Part shown: positions 16,071 through 25,708 of the stretch, piece after piece | Layout of the letters: every line of letters starts with the position of its first letter | Numbering within the stretch: position 1 is the first letter of the stretch | UHGV virus genome: UHGV-0109493 | Source: a virus | Length of the DNA stretch: 30,683 nt | Direction: 5' to 3' (one strand) | Program-made: the position numbers and the translations under genes | Notes under the pieces: model-generated | What the model was told of the DNA's origin: nothing | The model's input: only the letters and a program-made list of their open reading frames with translations | Databases searched by the model: none

Positions 16071-16357
16071 TTGGCATTAATGAGGCCAGTAAATCCAACC
16101 TGCGGTTAGCTTGTTATTAGACTTACCGAACAAGAAAAACGACTGGAGAAAGAGTTCGGTTTTTATACCAAACAAAGAGGAGAATATGAATCAGTGAGTA
16201 CAGAGAAAAATCCTCGGCAGATCGTATAAATCTTCTTTTAAAGCCGTCCGTTATGAAAGGAATAGAAAAGAAAGTAACTGCACGTCTTTATGTGACACGG
16301 TCTGCTTTTGCTATTTTTCTTTTGGAGATTGTTATTTGCGCATCAAGTGCAGATAGA

Positions 16358-16379
16358 GTTGCCCATCGAGATGGGCAAC
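16358..16379. terminator. Hairpin between the lysis genes and bor (candidate bidirectional terminator)
   Basis: 9-bp perfect stem gttgcccat / atgggcaac with a 4-nt loop, within 10 bp of the bor stop and followed on the plus strand by a T-rich run. Confidence 0.4.
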
Positions 16380-16387
16380 TTATGATA

Positions 16388-16681
16388 TTATTGTGAGCAA
16401 TATACCCGAGCTTCCAGCGGAGTATAAATGCCGAAAGTGATAAAACCGAGCAATCCATTTACGAATGTTTGCTGGGTTTCAGTCTTAACAACTTTTTCTG
16501 CGCCACCACAAATTTTGGCTGCATCGACAGTTTTCTTCTGACCAATTCCAGAAACGAAGAAATGATGAGTGATGGTTTCCTTCGGTGTTACTGTTGTCGG
16601 TTGGTTTTCAACAGTAAACGTCTGTTGAGCACATCCAGAGATAAGCAGGGCCAGCGTGAACGTGAGTAGCGTTTTTTTCAT
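16388..16681 (-). CDS. bor: Bor/Iss-family outer-membrane lipoprotein
   Basis: 97-aa product MKKTLLTFTLALLISGCAQQTFTVENQPTTVTPKETITHHFFVSGIGQKKTVDAAKICGGAEK with lipobox LISGC, nearly identical to recalled lambda Bor. Confidence 0.9.
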   Translation of the reverse strand: MKKTLLTFTLALLISGCAQQTFTVENQPTTVTPKETITHHFFVSGIGQKKTVDAAKICGGAEKVVKTETQQTFVNGLLGFITFGIYTPLEARVYCSQ

Positions 16682-16905
16682 AGTGTTATTCCCGTTGTGT
16701 TTTTAAGGTTGTTGAATCGTATTTGTAGAAATTTAAACAAAACCTAAACAATGAGTTGAAATCTCATATTTTTAATGTTTATTAAAGTATGCCAGATGTG
16801 CTGTATTTTCATTGTATTCCCGGATTAACTATGTCCACAGTACCGACTGGTAACTCCTGTGTGGGAGTGCCGGATAGTGAGGGGGATTAAACCGGGTGAT
16901 ATGGT

Positions 16906-17316
16906 TTAGCGTGGAAAAAATTGTGTCGTGTTCTGAATGCTTTCGGTAAACAATAATGAGTTGTCAAAGGTATAGTAATACCTTTTGTGTTCATGGACAT
17001 TTGTAACCCATCGGAAAACTCCAGCCTTAGCCAGATTTTCCCTGTATTCATGAAATGTGATTTCTCTTGATTTCAACTTATGAGAGTAAGTTTCTATAAG
17101 TCGCGTGTCTCTGCGAAATTTAACATTCACAACCTCCTTAAGTCCTTTTATTAACACTGTGTTATCATTTTTCAATACAACGTGAATATTACCTGTGGCT
17201 AAATAGTAAATGTAATGTGAGACATTGTGACGTTTTAGTTCAGAGTAAAATCGGTCACAGTTTAAATCTTTCCGCACTTGATCAAATATTTCTTTAAAAA
17301 TGGCAACCTGAGCCAT
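16906..17316 (-). CDS. ybcV: YbcV-like protein (DLP12-type)
   Basis: 136-aa product [60 protein letters not shown] matches recalled DLP12 YbcV. Confidence 0.8.
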   Translation of the reverse strand: MAQVAIFKEIFDQVRKDLNCDRFYSELKRHNVSHYIYYLATGNIHVVLKNDNTVLIKGLKEVVNVKFRRDTRLIETYSHKLKSREITFHEYRENLAKAGVFRWVTNVHEHKRYYYTFDNSLLFTESIQNTTQFFPR

Positions 17317-17487
17317 CAGTATAACCTTGTATATGATATGGGGTGCGTAGTCTGCATGAGAGCTTTTAATACTGCAATCTGGTCAGATGTCTTTATCCTG
17401 TGTGGATGATAATTGTCAGAGATTATGAGGTTTTTTTAACCTATGGAATTACCGGAAGGTGCGAAAATTACAAAGTAAGAAGCGTTA

Positions 17488-17518
17488 TAGAAGTCCTTCA
17501 TACAGTGAAGGACTTCTA
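17488..17518. other. Perfect 13-bp stem hairpin in the bor-to-cos noncoding region
   Basis: tagaagtccttca tacag tgaaggacttcta read directly; flanked by A-rich sequence and U-rich on the opposite strand. Confidence 0.4.
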
Positions 17519-17859
17519 TAATCTTAGAAATAAAAAAACCGGTCATAGGGAGCTACACAGAACCGGCCGGCGAAGACCGCCAATACCACCCATGCATCGA
17601 TACAACATACTACTGACAATAGCTGCTATTGATGTAAAAGCAATGTTATGCATCGACGAAAATAAAAAACCGGCAGGGGAAATCCATTGAAGATTTGCCG
17701 GTGGCAAAAGAGGGCCATGTTTTTAACCTTAGTCGCAGAGTTACGGAGTGCAACTACGAATGCTGCCGGTATATGGCTGAATGGCGTTTCAATGATGTAC
17801 GTCATCTTATCTGTAAATGTTAATGATAAACGCTCTCATTTGTGCGGGTCCTTCCGGTG

Positions 17860-17930
17860 GGGTGGTCTGCCACGGGGCGGCAGCGGCGCGGAAAACGGCT
17901 AGTTTTTGCATTTTCATGGTGGCGGCAGCA
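17860..17930. other. Candidate cos site (cosN with adjacent cosB region)
   Basis: acggggcggcagcggcgcgg followed by ttttgcattttcatgg closely resembles the lambda cos region as I recall it (acggggcggcgacctcgcgggttttcgctatttatg). It sits about 190 bp upstream of the small terminase start, as in lambda. Confidence 0.5.
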
Positions 17931-18070
17931 TGTGATGTAATTTATTGATAATTAAAAGCTATTTCCATTTTCACCTGTACAATATTTTTTTCTCCCTGTC
18001 ATTAGACCAGTTTGCAATTCATTGAAATATATAAATAAACCTGATTTTCACCTGCCAGATGGAGTTGCTT

Positions 18071-18607
18071 ATGTCAAATGTGAGCGGGATCGGTGATGCT
18101 TATTACTGGAGTGTTTTTAAAATCGCCGAGGCCTTTGGGCTTCACCGGGACACAGTAAAAAAACGGCTCCTCGCGGCCAACACTCCTGTGGCTGCGACTG
18201 TCAGGGGGAACCCCGTTTACGCCCTGCAGCATGTCGGGCCTGCCCTGTTTAGTGTGAAGCATGAGGCAGCAGACTCTGTTCATGATCCATCCCGTATGGA
18301 GCCGAAAGAGAGAAAGGACTGGTACCAGTCTGAAAATGAAAGGATCAAGCTGGAAAAGGAGCAGCGAAAACTCATCCCCGTTGATGAAGTAGTCATCGTC
18401 TATTCGTCCATGAGAAAGGCTGTCGTCCAGGTTCTGGAGACAATTCCGGATGTTCTTGAACGCGATTGCGCCCTGACTCCTCAGGCCGTCGGCGTTGTAC
18501 AGCAGGCCATTGATGACCTGCGATACACTCTTCAGGAAAAATCCTACGAGGCTTGTGCTGCTGAATTAATTCCTGATGAGGAAGGAGAGAGTCTCCAGGA
18601 GGAATAA
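18071..18607 (+). CDS. Terminase small subunit (Nu1-like)
   Basis: Product MSNVSGIGDAYYWSVFKIAEAFGLHRDTVKKRLLAANTPVA has an N-terminal HTH-like region; directly precedes the large terminase. GGAG lies upstream of the ATG at 18071. Confidence 0.8.
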   Translation: MSNVSGIGDAYYWSVFKIAEAFGLHRDTVKKRLLAANTPVAATVRGNPVYALQHVGPALFSVKHEAADSVHDPSRMEPKERKDWYQSENERIKLEKEQRKLIPVDEVVIVYSSMRKAVVQVLETIPDVLERDCALTPQAVGVVQQAIDDLRYTLQEKSYEACAAELIPDEEGESLQEE

Positions 18608-20706
18608 TGGGTTTTTCATCAGCCCGAAATTTGGGAAGGGACATATCGGCAGGATTTTCCCCACCACGTCGCATGCCGATTTCGGAAGCTGTTAAAAAAT
18701 TCATGCGTGTTCCCAAGGGGGCTGGTAACTCGGTGCCATGGGATCCTGAACTGACACCCTACATCATTGAGCCCATGAACTGCCTGGCATCGCGTGAATA
18801 CGATGCGGTGATTTTTGTTGGTCCTGCGCGAACAGGGAAGACCATTGGTCTGATCGATGGATGGATTGTCTATACCATCGTTTGCGATCCTTCGGACATG
18901 CTCGTTGTGCAGATGACCGAAGATAAGGCCCGCGAGCATTCTAAAAAGCGCCTCGACAGAACGTTCAGAAGCAGTGCGGCGGTAAAGAAAAGAATGAGTC
19001 CACGTCGTAACGACAATAATGTCCATGATAAGACGTTCAGGGATGGCTCGTTCCTTAAAATTGGTTGGCCCTCGGTCAACATTATGTCGTCGTCGGATTA
19101 CCGGTTTGTCGCCTTAACCGATTACGACCGTTTTCCGGAGAATATCGACAGCGAGGGTGATGGTTTCTCCCTGGCCTCAAAACGTACCACCACATTTATG
19201 TCCGCCGGGATGACTCTGGTGGAGAGCTCGCCGGGACGTGACATCTGCGACAGCAAATGGCGACGTAAGTCGCCTCATGAAGCGCCACCGACGACTGGTA
19301 TTCTTTCCCTTTACAATCGTGGTGACCGCCGCCGCTGGTACTGGCCATGTCCGCACTGCGGTGAATATTTTCAGCCAGCCATGGATGCCATGACCGGCTA
19401 CCGTAATGAACCGGATCCCTTTAAAGCCAGTGAGGCGGCGTATCTACTTTGCCCGCACTGCAGCGGCATTATCACTGCGGAGAAAAAGCGTGAGCTCAAT
19501 AGTGCAGGAGTCTGGTTGCGTGAAGGTCAGGTCATTGATCGTAACGGCAACGTTTCCGGTGAACCGCGCCGCTCCCGTATCGCCAGTTTCTGGATGGAAG
19601 GGCCAGCTGCTGCGTATCAGACCTGGGCGCAACTGGTTTACAAATTACTGACTGCAGAACAGGAGTATGAAGCGACAGGAAGCGAAGAAACACTCAGGGC
19701 GGTTATCAACACCGACTGGGGATTGCCTTATCTTCCTCGTGCCAGCATGGAGCAACGAAAAAGTGAACTGCTTGAGCAGCGGGCAGAGCCAGTTCCTTCC
19801 CGCAGTGTGCCGGATGGCGTTAATTTCCTTGTGGCGACAGTGGATGTGCAGGCGGGACATCATCGCCGTTTTGTGGTTCAGGTAACGGGCTATGGCAGCC
19901 GTGGCGAACGCTGGATTATTGATCGTTACAACATCACGCAGTCATTGCGCGGTGACAGCGACGGGGAGAGCCAGCGAATTGATCCGGCCAGCTATCCGGA
20001 AGACTGGGATGTCCTGCTGACGGATGTTTTTCATAAAAGCTGGCCGCTGGCCTCCGACCCTTCTCAACAAATGCGACTGATGGCAATGGCGGTGGACTCC
20101 GGCGGTGAAGACGGGGTCACTGATAATGCCTATAAATTCTGGCGTCGTTGCCGTCGTGATGGCCTTGGTAAACGTATTTACCTGTTTAAGGGCGACAGCA
20201 TCCGGCGCGCAAAACTGATCACCCGTACATTCCCTGATAACACCGGACGAACGGGCCGACGGGCGCAGGCTGCGGGTGATGTGCCTCTCTGGCTTCTTCA
20301 GACTGACGCTCTGAAAGACCGGGTTAATAACGCGTTATGGCGTGATTCTCCCGGTCCTGGCTATGTGCATTTTCCCGACTGGCTGGGGAGCTGGTTTTAC
20401 GACGAACTGACGTATGAAGAGCGGAGCAGTGACGGGAAATGGAGTAAGCCGGGGCGCGGTGCGAACGAAGCCTTTGACCTGATGGTGTATGCCGAGGCGC
20501 TGGTCATTCTGCATGGGTACGAGAAAATTCAGTGGCCTGATGCGCCGGAGTGGGCGTGCCGGGAAACCTGGCTGGAGTGTGTCAGTGACAACGCGGAGCC
20601 ACCTGTTCTGCCGGAGCCGGAACGTCCCCCGGCCAGAAAAAAGAAACGAAAAAAAATGGCACCCGATGAGGATAACCCCTGGGTGACATCCGGAGGATGG
20701 TTATGA
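18607..20706 (+). CDS. Terminase large subunit (lambda gpA-like)
   Basis: 699-aa ORF with ATPase Walker A-like VGPARTGKT near the N-terminus. Start overlaps the small-subunit stop (TAATG). Confidence 0.9.
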   Translation: MGFSSARNLGRDISAGFSPPRRMPISEAVKKFMRVPKGAGNSVPWDPELTPYIIEPMNCLASREYDAVIFVGPARTGKTIGLIDGWIVYTIVCDPSDMLVVQMTEDKAREHSKKRLDRTFRSSAAVKKRMSPRRNDNNVHDKTFRDGSFLKIGWPSVNIMSSSDYRFVALTDYDRFPENIDSEGDGFSLASKRTTTFMSAGMTLVESSPGRDICDSKWRRKSPHEAPPTTGILSLYNRGDRRRWYWPCPHCGEYFQPAMDAMTGYRNEPDPFKASEAAYLLCPHCSGIITAEKKRELNSAGVWLREGQVIDRNGNVSGEPRRSRIASFWMEGPAAAYQTWAQLVYKLLTAEQEYEATGSEETLRAVINTDWGLPYLPRASMEQRKSELLEQRAEPVPSRSVPDGVNFLVATVDVQAGHHRRFVVQVTGYGSRGERWIIDRYNITQSLRGDSDGESQRIDPASYPEDWDVLLTDVFHKSWPLASDPSQQMRLMAMAVDSGGEDGVTDNAYKFWRRCRRDGLGKRIYLFKGDSIRRAKLITRTFPDNTGRTGRRAQAAGDVPLWLLQTDALKDRVNNALWRDSPGPGYVHFPDWLGSWFYDELTYEERSSDGKWSKPGRGANEAFDLMVYAEALVILHGYEKIQWPDAPEWACRETWLECVSDNAEPPVLPEPERPPARKKKRKKMAPDEDNPWVTSGGWL

Positions 20707-20915
20707 ATCAGAATGATATTGAAGCCATGATCCAGCGTTATATTGATGCGGAAATGGCTGTGCTGGATGGAAAATCCGTCACCTTTAATGGTCAGCAGAT
20801 GACCATGGAAAACCTGTCCGAGATCCGACAGGGGCGTCAGGAGTGGGAGCGGCGTCTTGCTGCCCTGACTGCGCGGCGACGGGGGAACCCGGGATATAAA
20901 CTGGTGAGGTTCTGA
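20703..20915 (+). CDS. Head-tail joining protein (lambda gpW-like)
   Basis: 70-aa product MNQNDIEAMIQRYIDAEMAVLDGKSVTFNGQQMTMENLSEIRQ ending RRRGNPGYKLVRF; size, position and C-terminal motif are gpW-like. GGAGG lies 6 nt upstream. Confidence 0.7.
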   Translation: MNQNDIEAMIQRYIDAEMAVLDGKSVTFNGQQMTMENLSEIRQGRQEWERRLAALTARRRGNPGYKLVRF

Positions 20916-22420
20916 TGGCAATTCTGGATGATGTGATTGGTGTTTTTTCTCCAGGCTGGAAAGCGGCGAGGTTGCGCTCAAGAGCGTTAATCCGCGCTTA
21001 TGAGGCCGTGAAACCCACACGCACACACAAAGCCCGACGGGAAAACCGTTCTGCCGACCAGCTCAGTAAGTACGGGGCGGTTTCCCTGCGGGAGCAGGCC
21101 CGTTTTCTGGACATCAATCATGACCTGGTAATCGGTGTTTTCGACAAACTTGAGGAGCGGGTGATTGGTGCAAAGGGGATCATTGTTGAACCACAACCAT
21201 TACTGAAAAATGGTGATATGGCTACAGAGCTGGCAATGATTATCCGTCGTTTGTGGGCGGAATGGTCTGTCAGTCCGGATGTGACCGGGCAGCATACGCG
21301 CCCCATGCTCGAACGTCTGCTGTTGCGTACCTGGTTACGTGATGGAGAAGTGTTTGCCCAGATGGTCAGAGGCGCAGGTGCCGGGCTGGCGCGGACTGCC
21401 GGTGTGCCTTTCTGGCTCGAGGCAATGGAGCCGGATTTTGTGCCCATGCTCAGTGATGAGTCTGCGGGAATGAATCAGGGGGTTTTTCTGGATAAATGGG
21501 GCAGGCCGAAAAAATACCTGGTTTATAAAAATTATCCGGTTACCGGGCGACAGAGTGAAACCAAAGAGATCGCCGCTGAAAATATGGTGCATCTGAAGTT
21601 TACCCGCCGCCTTCATCAGACGCGTGGCACATCCATGTTGTCCGGTGTGCTGATGCGGATCAGTGCGCTTAAGGAATATGAAGATGCTGAGCTGGTAGCG
21701 GCGCGCGTTGCTGCGGCACTGGGGCTGTATATTCGTAAAGGAGACGGGCAGGATTATGAGGAACCTGTGACGAATAAAGATAATGATCGGGAACTGCATA
21801 TCACTCCCGGCATTATTTATGACGATCTGCGTAAGGGGGAAGATATTGGCATGGTCAAATCTGATCGGCCTAACCCTAATCTGGAAACTTTTCGTAATGG
21901 TCAGTTGCGGGCCATGGCGGCGGGCACTCGTCTGAGTTTTTCCAGTGCAGCACGTAACTATAACGGTACCTACAGTTCCCAGCGACAGGAGCTGGTTGAG
22001 TCCACCGATGGCTATCTGATCCTGCAGGACTGTTTTATTGGTGCTGTAACCCGTCCGGTGTACCGGGCATGGCTGAATATGGTGGTTGCCGCGGGGTTGC
22101 TGAAAATTCCGTCGGATGTGGATATAAAAACATTATATAACGCAACATATTCTGGTCCGGTTATGCCGTGGATTGATCCTGTCAAGGAAGCTGAAGCCTG
22201 GAAAATCCAGATTCGTGGTGGTGCGGCAACAGAATCAGACTGGGTGCGCGCCAGTGGTAGTAATCCGGATGATGTTAAACGTCGGCGCAAGGCCGAAATT
22301 GATGAAAACCGCAGGCTGGATCTGGTGTTTGATACCGATCCTGCCTGCGATAAAGGAGGTGGTAATGCTGAAACAGAACGCGTGGTTTCGCGGCGAACCG
22401 AAGGCCAGTATGAAGAATAA
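20915..22420 (+). CDS. Portal protein (lambda gpB family)
   Basis: 501-aa ORF directly after the W-like gene (overlapping TGATG), of portal size and position. Confidence 0.85.
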   Translation: MAILDDVIGVFSPGWKAARLRSRALIRAYEAVKPTRTHKARRENRSADQLSKYGAVSLREQARFLDINHDLVIGVFDKLEERVIGAKGIIVEPQPLLKNGDMATELAMIIRRLWAEWSVSPDVTGQHTRPMLERLLLRTWLRDGEVFAQMVRGAGAGLARTAGVPFWLEAMEPDFVPMLSDESAGMNQGVFLDKWGRPKKYLVYKNYPVTGRQSETKEIAAENMVHLKFTRRLHQTRGTSMLSGVLMRISALKEYEDAELVAARVAAALGLYIRKGDGQDYEEPVTNKDNDRELHITPGIIYDDLRKGEDIGMVKSDRPNPNLETFRNGQLRAMAAGTRLSFSSAARNYNGTYSSQRQELVESTDGYLILQDCFIGAVTRPVYRAWLNMVVAAGLLKIPSDVDIKTLYNATYSGPVMPWIDPVKEAEAWKIQIRGGAATESDWVRASGSNPDDVKRRRKAEIDENRRLDLVFDTDPACDKGGGNAETERVVSRRTEGQYEE

Positions 22421-24428
22421 TTCCTGGTTCAGGATGAAGGCGGGTCATAAAAGTGACGCAGATATTTATATCTATGACGAGATTGGTTTCTGGGGAGTTA
22501 CGGCGAAGCAGTTTGTCAGCGATCTGAATGCGCTGGGTAATATCACCCACATTAATCTCCATATCAATTCACCGGGTGGCGATGTCTTTGAAGGCATCGC
22601 CATTTTTAATGCGCTGAAAAATCATGGGGCGTCCATCACTGTTTATGTGGATGGTGTCGCGGCATCCATGGCATCGGTCATTGCAATGGTGGGTGATCCC
22701 GTCATCATGCCGGAAAACGCATTCATGATGATCCATAAACCATGGGGAGTGAGTGGTGGCGATGCGGATGATATGCGTGATTATGCCGACCTGCTTGATA
22801 AAGTTGAGTCGGTCCTGTTGCCTGCTTATGCGCAGAAAACCGGGAAAACTACCGATGAAATTGCTGCCATGCTGGCGGATGAAACCTGGATGTCCGGTGC
22901 CGAATGTCTGGCACACGGATTTGCTGACCAGGTGACACCAGAAGTTAAGGCAATGGCATGTATTCAGTCAAAACGTACAGAGGAATTTAAAAAAATGCCG
23001 GAATCCATTCGAAATATGATTATTCCGCCACGCAACAGTGCAACGCGTGAACCTGAAAACAAAAATACTGCATCTCAGACACAGGATAAGACTACTACGG
23101 CTCCGGTTGCCACAACCGCGACTACCACAAATGCACCTTCCGCAGATGAAAGCAGTATCCGTGCGCAGGTACTGGCAGAGCAAAAAGCACGTGTGAGTGG
23201 TATTAATGAACTGTTTGGTATGTTTGGCGGGCGCTATCAGACATTGCAGGCCAGTTGTCTTTCCGATCCGGAGTGCTCGCTTGAGCAGGCCCGTGAAAAA
23301 TTACTTAACGAAATGGGTAAGGAATTTTCACCATCAAATAAAAATACCCCGGCCCATATTTATGCCGGTAACGGTAATTTTGTGGGGGACGGGATCCGCC
23401 AGGCGCTGATGGCGCGCGCCGGGTTTGAAAAAACCGAACGTGATAATGTCTACAACGGGATGACCCTGCGTGAATATGCCCGTATGTCACTGACTGAACG
23501 GGGTATTGGGGTTTCCGGTTATAACCCGATGCAGATGGTCGGTGCGGCGTTCACACACAGTACGTCTGACTTCGGTAATATTCTGCTGGATGTTGCGAAC
23601 AAAGCCATTCTGCAGGGCTGGGAAGATGCCCCTGAAACCTATGAACAGTGGACGCGGAAAGGTCAGTTGTCTGATTTTAAAATTGCCCATCGTGTGGGTA
23701 TGGGGGGCTTCAGTGCTCTGCGTCAGGTGCGTGAAGGGGCGGAATATAAATACGTCACCACCGGAGATAAACAGGCCACTATTGCACTGGCGACCTATGG
23801 CGAGCTGTTCAGTATCACCCGTCAGGCCATTATCAATGATGATCTGAATATGCTGACCGATGTCCCGATGAAACTGGGCCGTGCGGCGAAATCCACTATT
23901 GCCGATCTGGTTTATGCCATTCTGACGTCTAACCCGAAAATATCCACAGATAATGTAAGTCTGTTCGATAAAGCGAAACATGCAAACGTACTGGAGAGCG
24001 CTGCAATGGACGTGGCATCGCTGGATAAAGCCCGCCAGTTGATGCGCGTACAGAAAGAGGGGGAGCGTCATCTGAATATTCGTCCTGCGTTCGTACTGGT
24101 ACCGACGGCGATGGAGTCTGTTGCTAACCAGGTCATTCGCTCCTCAAGTGTCAAGGGGGCTGACATTAACGCCGGTATTATTAACCCGGTGAAAGATTTT
24201 GCGACCGTTATTGCAGAGCCTCGTCTTGATGATAATAGCCAGACCACCTTCTACCTGGCTGCGTCAAAAGGCTCCGATACGATTGAAGTGGCTTATCTCA
24301 ACGGTGTGGATACGCCATATATTGATCAGATGGAGGGCTTCAGTGTGGATGGCGTGACAACGAAAGTGCGTATTGACGCTGGTGTCGCGCCAGTTGATCA
24401 CCGCGGTCTGGTGAAATGTACGGCGTAA
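22365..24428 (+). CDS. Head maturation protease (ClpP-like) fused in frame to scaffold/major capsid region
   Basis: 687-aa ORF from MLKQNAWFRGEPKASMKNNSWF with AAAGGAGG upstream. N-terminal part is ClpP-protease-like (INSPGGDVFEGIAIFNALKNHGASITVYVDGVAASMASVIAM); C-terminal part is of capsid size. Confidence 0.8.
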   Translation: MLKQNAWFRGEPKASMKNNSWFRMKAGHKSDADIYIYDEIGFWGVTAKQFVSDLNALGNITHINLHINSPGGDVFEGIAIFNALKNHGASITVYVDGVAASMASVIAMVGDPVIMPENAFMMIHKPWGVSGGDADDMRDYADLLDKVESVLLPAYAQKTGKTTDEIAAMLADETWMSGAECLAHGFADQVTPEVKAMACIQSKRTEEFKKMPESIRNMIIPPRNSATREPENKNTASQTQDKTTTAPVATTATTTNAPSADESSIRAQVLAEQKARVSGINELFGMFGGRYQTLQASCLSDPECSLEQAREKLLNEMGKEFSPSNKNTPAHIYAGNGNFVGDGIRQALMARAGFEKTERDNVYNGMTLREYARMSLTERGIGVSGYNPMQMVGAAFTHSTSDFGNILLDVANKAILQGWEDAPETYEQWTRKGQLSDFKIAHRVGMGGFSALRQVREGAEYKYVTTGDKQATIALATYGELFSITRQAIINDDLNMLTDVPMKLGRAAKSTIADLVYAILTSNPKISTDNVSLFDKAKHANVLESAAMDVASLDKARQLMRVQKEGERHLNIRPAFVLVPTAMESVANQVIRSSSVKGADINAGIINPVKDFATVIAEPRLDDNSQTTFYLAASKGSDTIEVAYLNGVDTPYIDQMEGFSVDGVTTKVRIDAGVAPVDHRGLVKCTA

Positions 24429-24451
24429 ACGTCGCAGATAACAACTCTGAT

Positions 24452-24471
24452 GGCCCGTAAGGGCTTTTTTT
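24452..24471 (+). terminator. Candidate terminator after the capsid ORF
   Basis: Short GC stem ggccc gtaa gggc followed by seven T, about 25 bp after the stop. The stem is short, so confidence is modest. Confidence 0.4.
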
Positions 24472-24514
24472 GTACCTGAAATCAGCCCCTGAACGGGGCT
24501 GTGCGGAGACAGTT

Positions 24515-24838
24515 ATGGCAAAGAATTTTGTAGAAGAAGGAAAAACGGTGGCGATTGTTGCCAGTGCAGCCATCAGCAGCGGAGATCTGGTGCAGGTGGG
24601 TGATGTTTTTGCGGTGGCGCTGACCGATATTCCACAGGGTGAAACAGGCGACGGCCTGACCGAAGGTGTGTTTATGCTGCCTAAGCTGAAAACGGATGAC
24701 ATGAAAACGGGTAAGAAGGTTTATCTGAAGTCCGGAAAAGTTCAGCTGACTAACAGCGGCTCTGATCCGCTGGTCGGGGTTGTCTGGGCAGATGCCGGAA
24801 CCAGTGCAGAAGAAGTGCCGGTAAAACTCAATGTCTGA
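24515..24838 (+). CDS. Small head-associated protein (DUF2190-like, tentative)
   Basis: 107-aa product MAKNFVEEGKTVAIVASAAISSGDLVQVGDVFAVALTDIPQGETGDG; GGAGAC precedes the ATG. Occupies the lambda FI/FII slot. Confidence 0.55.
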   Translation: MAKNFVEEGKTVAIVASAAISSGDLVQVGDVFAVALTDIPQGETGDGLTEGVFMLPKLKTDDMKTGKKVYLKSGKVQLTNSGSDPLVGVVWADAGTSAEEVPVKLNV

Positions 24839-25106
24839 TCCCTTTTCCCGGCTGGCAGCGCGTATGGATGCGATCACGGTCAGAAAGATGGGAAAGACAG
24901 CCTCGATTAATGATGTCGATATGACAGTGATCCCGGGAGAAACACTGGCAGAGCTGAATGCTCTGTCCGGACCTGCGGTCTCTCTGGTGGTGTTTTCTTC
25001 GGGATACCGCCCACGGCGCGGGGATCGCGTTGTTTATGACGGACAACAATGGACGGTCACACGGCATGAACGCTTTAACGGTAAGCCAATGATCTTTATT
25101 GAGTAA
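24831..25106 (+). CDS. Putative head-tail joining / head completion protein
   Basis: 91-aa ORF MSDPFSRLAARMDAITVRKMGKTASINDVDMTVIPGE between the head genes and the Z-like gene; assigned by position only. Confidence 0.5.
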   Translation: MSDPFSRLAARMDAITVRKMGKTASINDVDMTVIPGETLAELNALSGPAVSLVVFSSGYRPRRGDRVVYDGQQWTVTRHERFNGKPMIFIE

Positions 25107-25117
25107 AGAGGTGTGGG

Positions 25118-25708
25118 ATGAAGGGGCTTGAGAATGCCATCCGCAATCTGAACAGCCTTGATACCCGTATGGTGCCACAGGCCAGCGCATGGGCGATAAA
25201 CCGTGTGGCACAGAAAGCGGTCTCGGTTGCCACCCGGCAGGTTGCCGGGAATACCGTTGCGGGAGATAACCAGGTGAAAGGGATCCCCCTGAAACTGGTA
25301 CGTCAGCGTGTCCGGGTGTTTAAAGCCAGTCCGTCAGGAAAAATGACGGCCAGGATCCGCGTTAACCGTGGCAACCTTCCCGCCATCAAACTGAACACAA
25401 CGCGACGGCGTGCCGGTGACGGGCTGAGGGTGGGGAAATATTTTTTCCGTGGCGCGTTTATCCGGCAACTGGCGAATGGTCGCTGGCATGTTCTGAGACG
25501 TCTTCCTGAAGCGCGTTTCGCAACAGGGCGCGACCATCAGGGCAGACCGAAAAAAAATCGTCTACCTGTGGAGGTTGTGAAAATCCCGCTGGCCGGAGCG
25601 CTGACACAGGCATTTGAGGATGCCCGTAAAAGCGTCATTGATAACGAGATGCCGAAACAGCTGGGGTATGCCCTGAAACAACAACTGAGGTTATATCTGA
25701 CCCGATGA
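25118..25708 (+). CDS. Minor tail protein Z-like
   Basis: 196-aa product MKGLENAIRNLNSLDTRMVPQASAWAINRVAQKAVSVA with NGRWHVLRRL and KQLGYALKQQLRLYLTR, resembling recalled lambda gpZ. Confidence 0.8.
   Translation: MKGLENAIRNLNSLDTRMVPQASAWAINRVAQKAVSVATRQVAGNTVAGDNQVKGIPLKLVRQRVRVFKASPSGKMTARIRVNRGNLPAIKLNTTRRRAGDGLRVGKYFFRGAFIRQLANGRWHVLRRLPEARFATGRDHQGRPKKNRLPVEVVKIPLAGALTQAFEDARKSVIDNEMPKQLGYALKQQLRLYLTR

Noticed and set aside
17400-17902. Plus-strand ORFs 17400..17690 (96 aa) and 17687..17902 (71 aa) in the bor-to-cos interval
   Set aside because: No ribosome-binding sites, unremarkable composition, and they run across hairpins and the putative cos site; more likely noncoding.
18074-24071. 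Many antisense or alternative-frame ORFs inside terminase, portal and capsid genes (for example 18393..18716, 18619..19026, 20529..21026, 21335..21799, 22569..22916, 23487..24071)
   Set aside because: All are embedded in long structural genes with clear family identity on the plus strand; none has a start signal.
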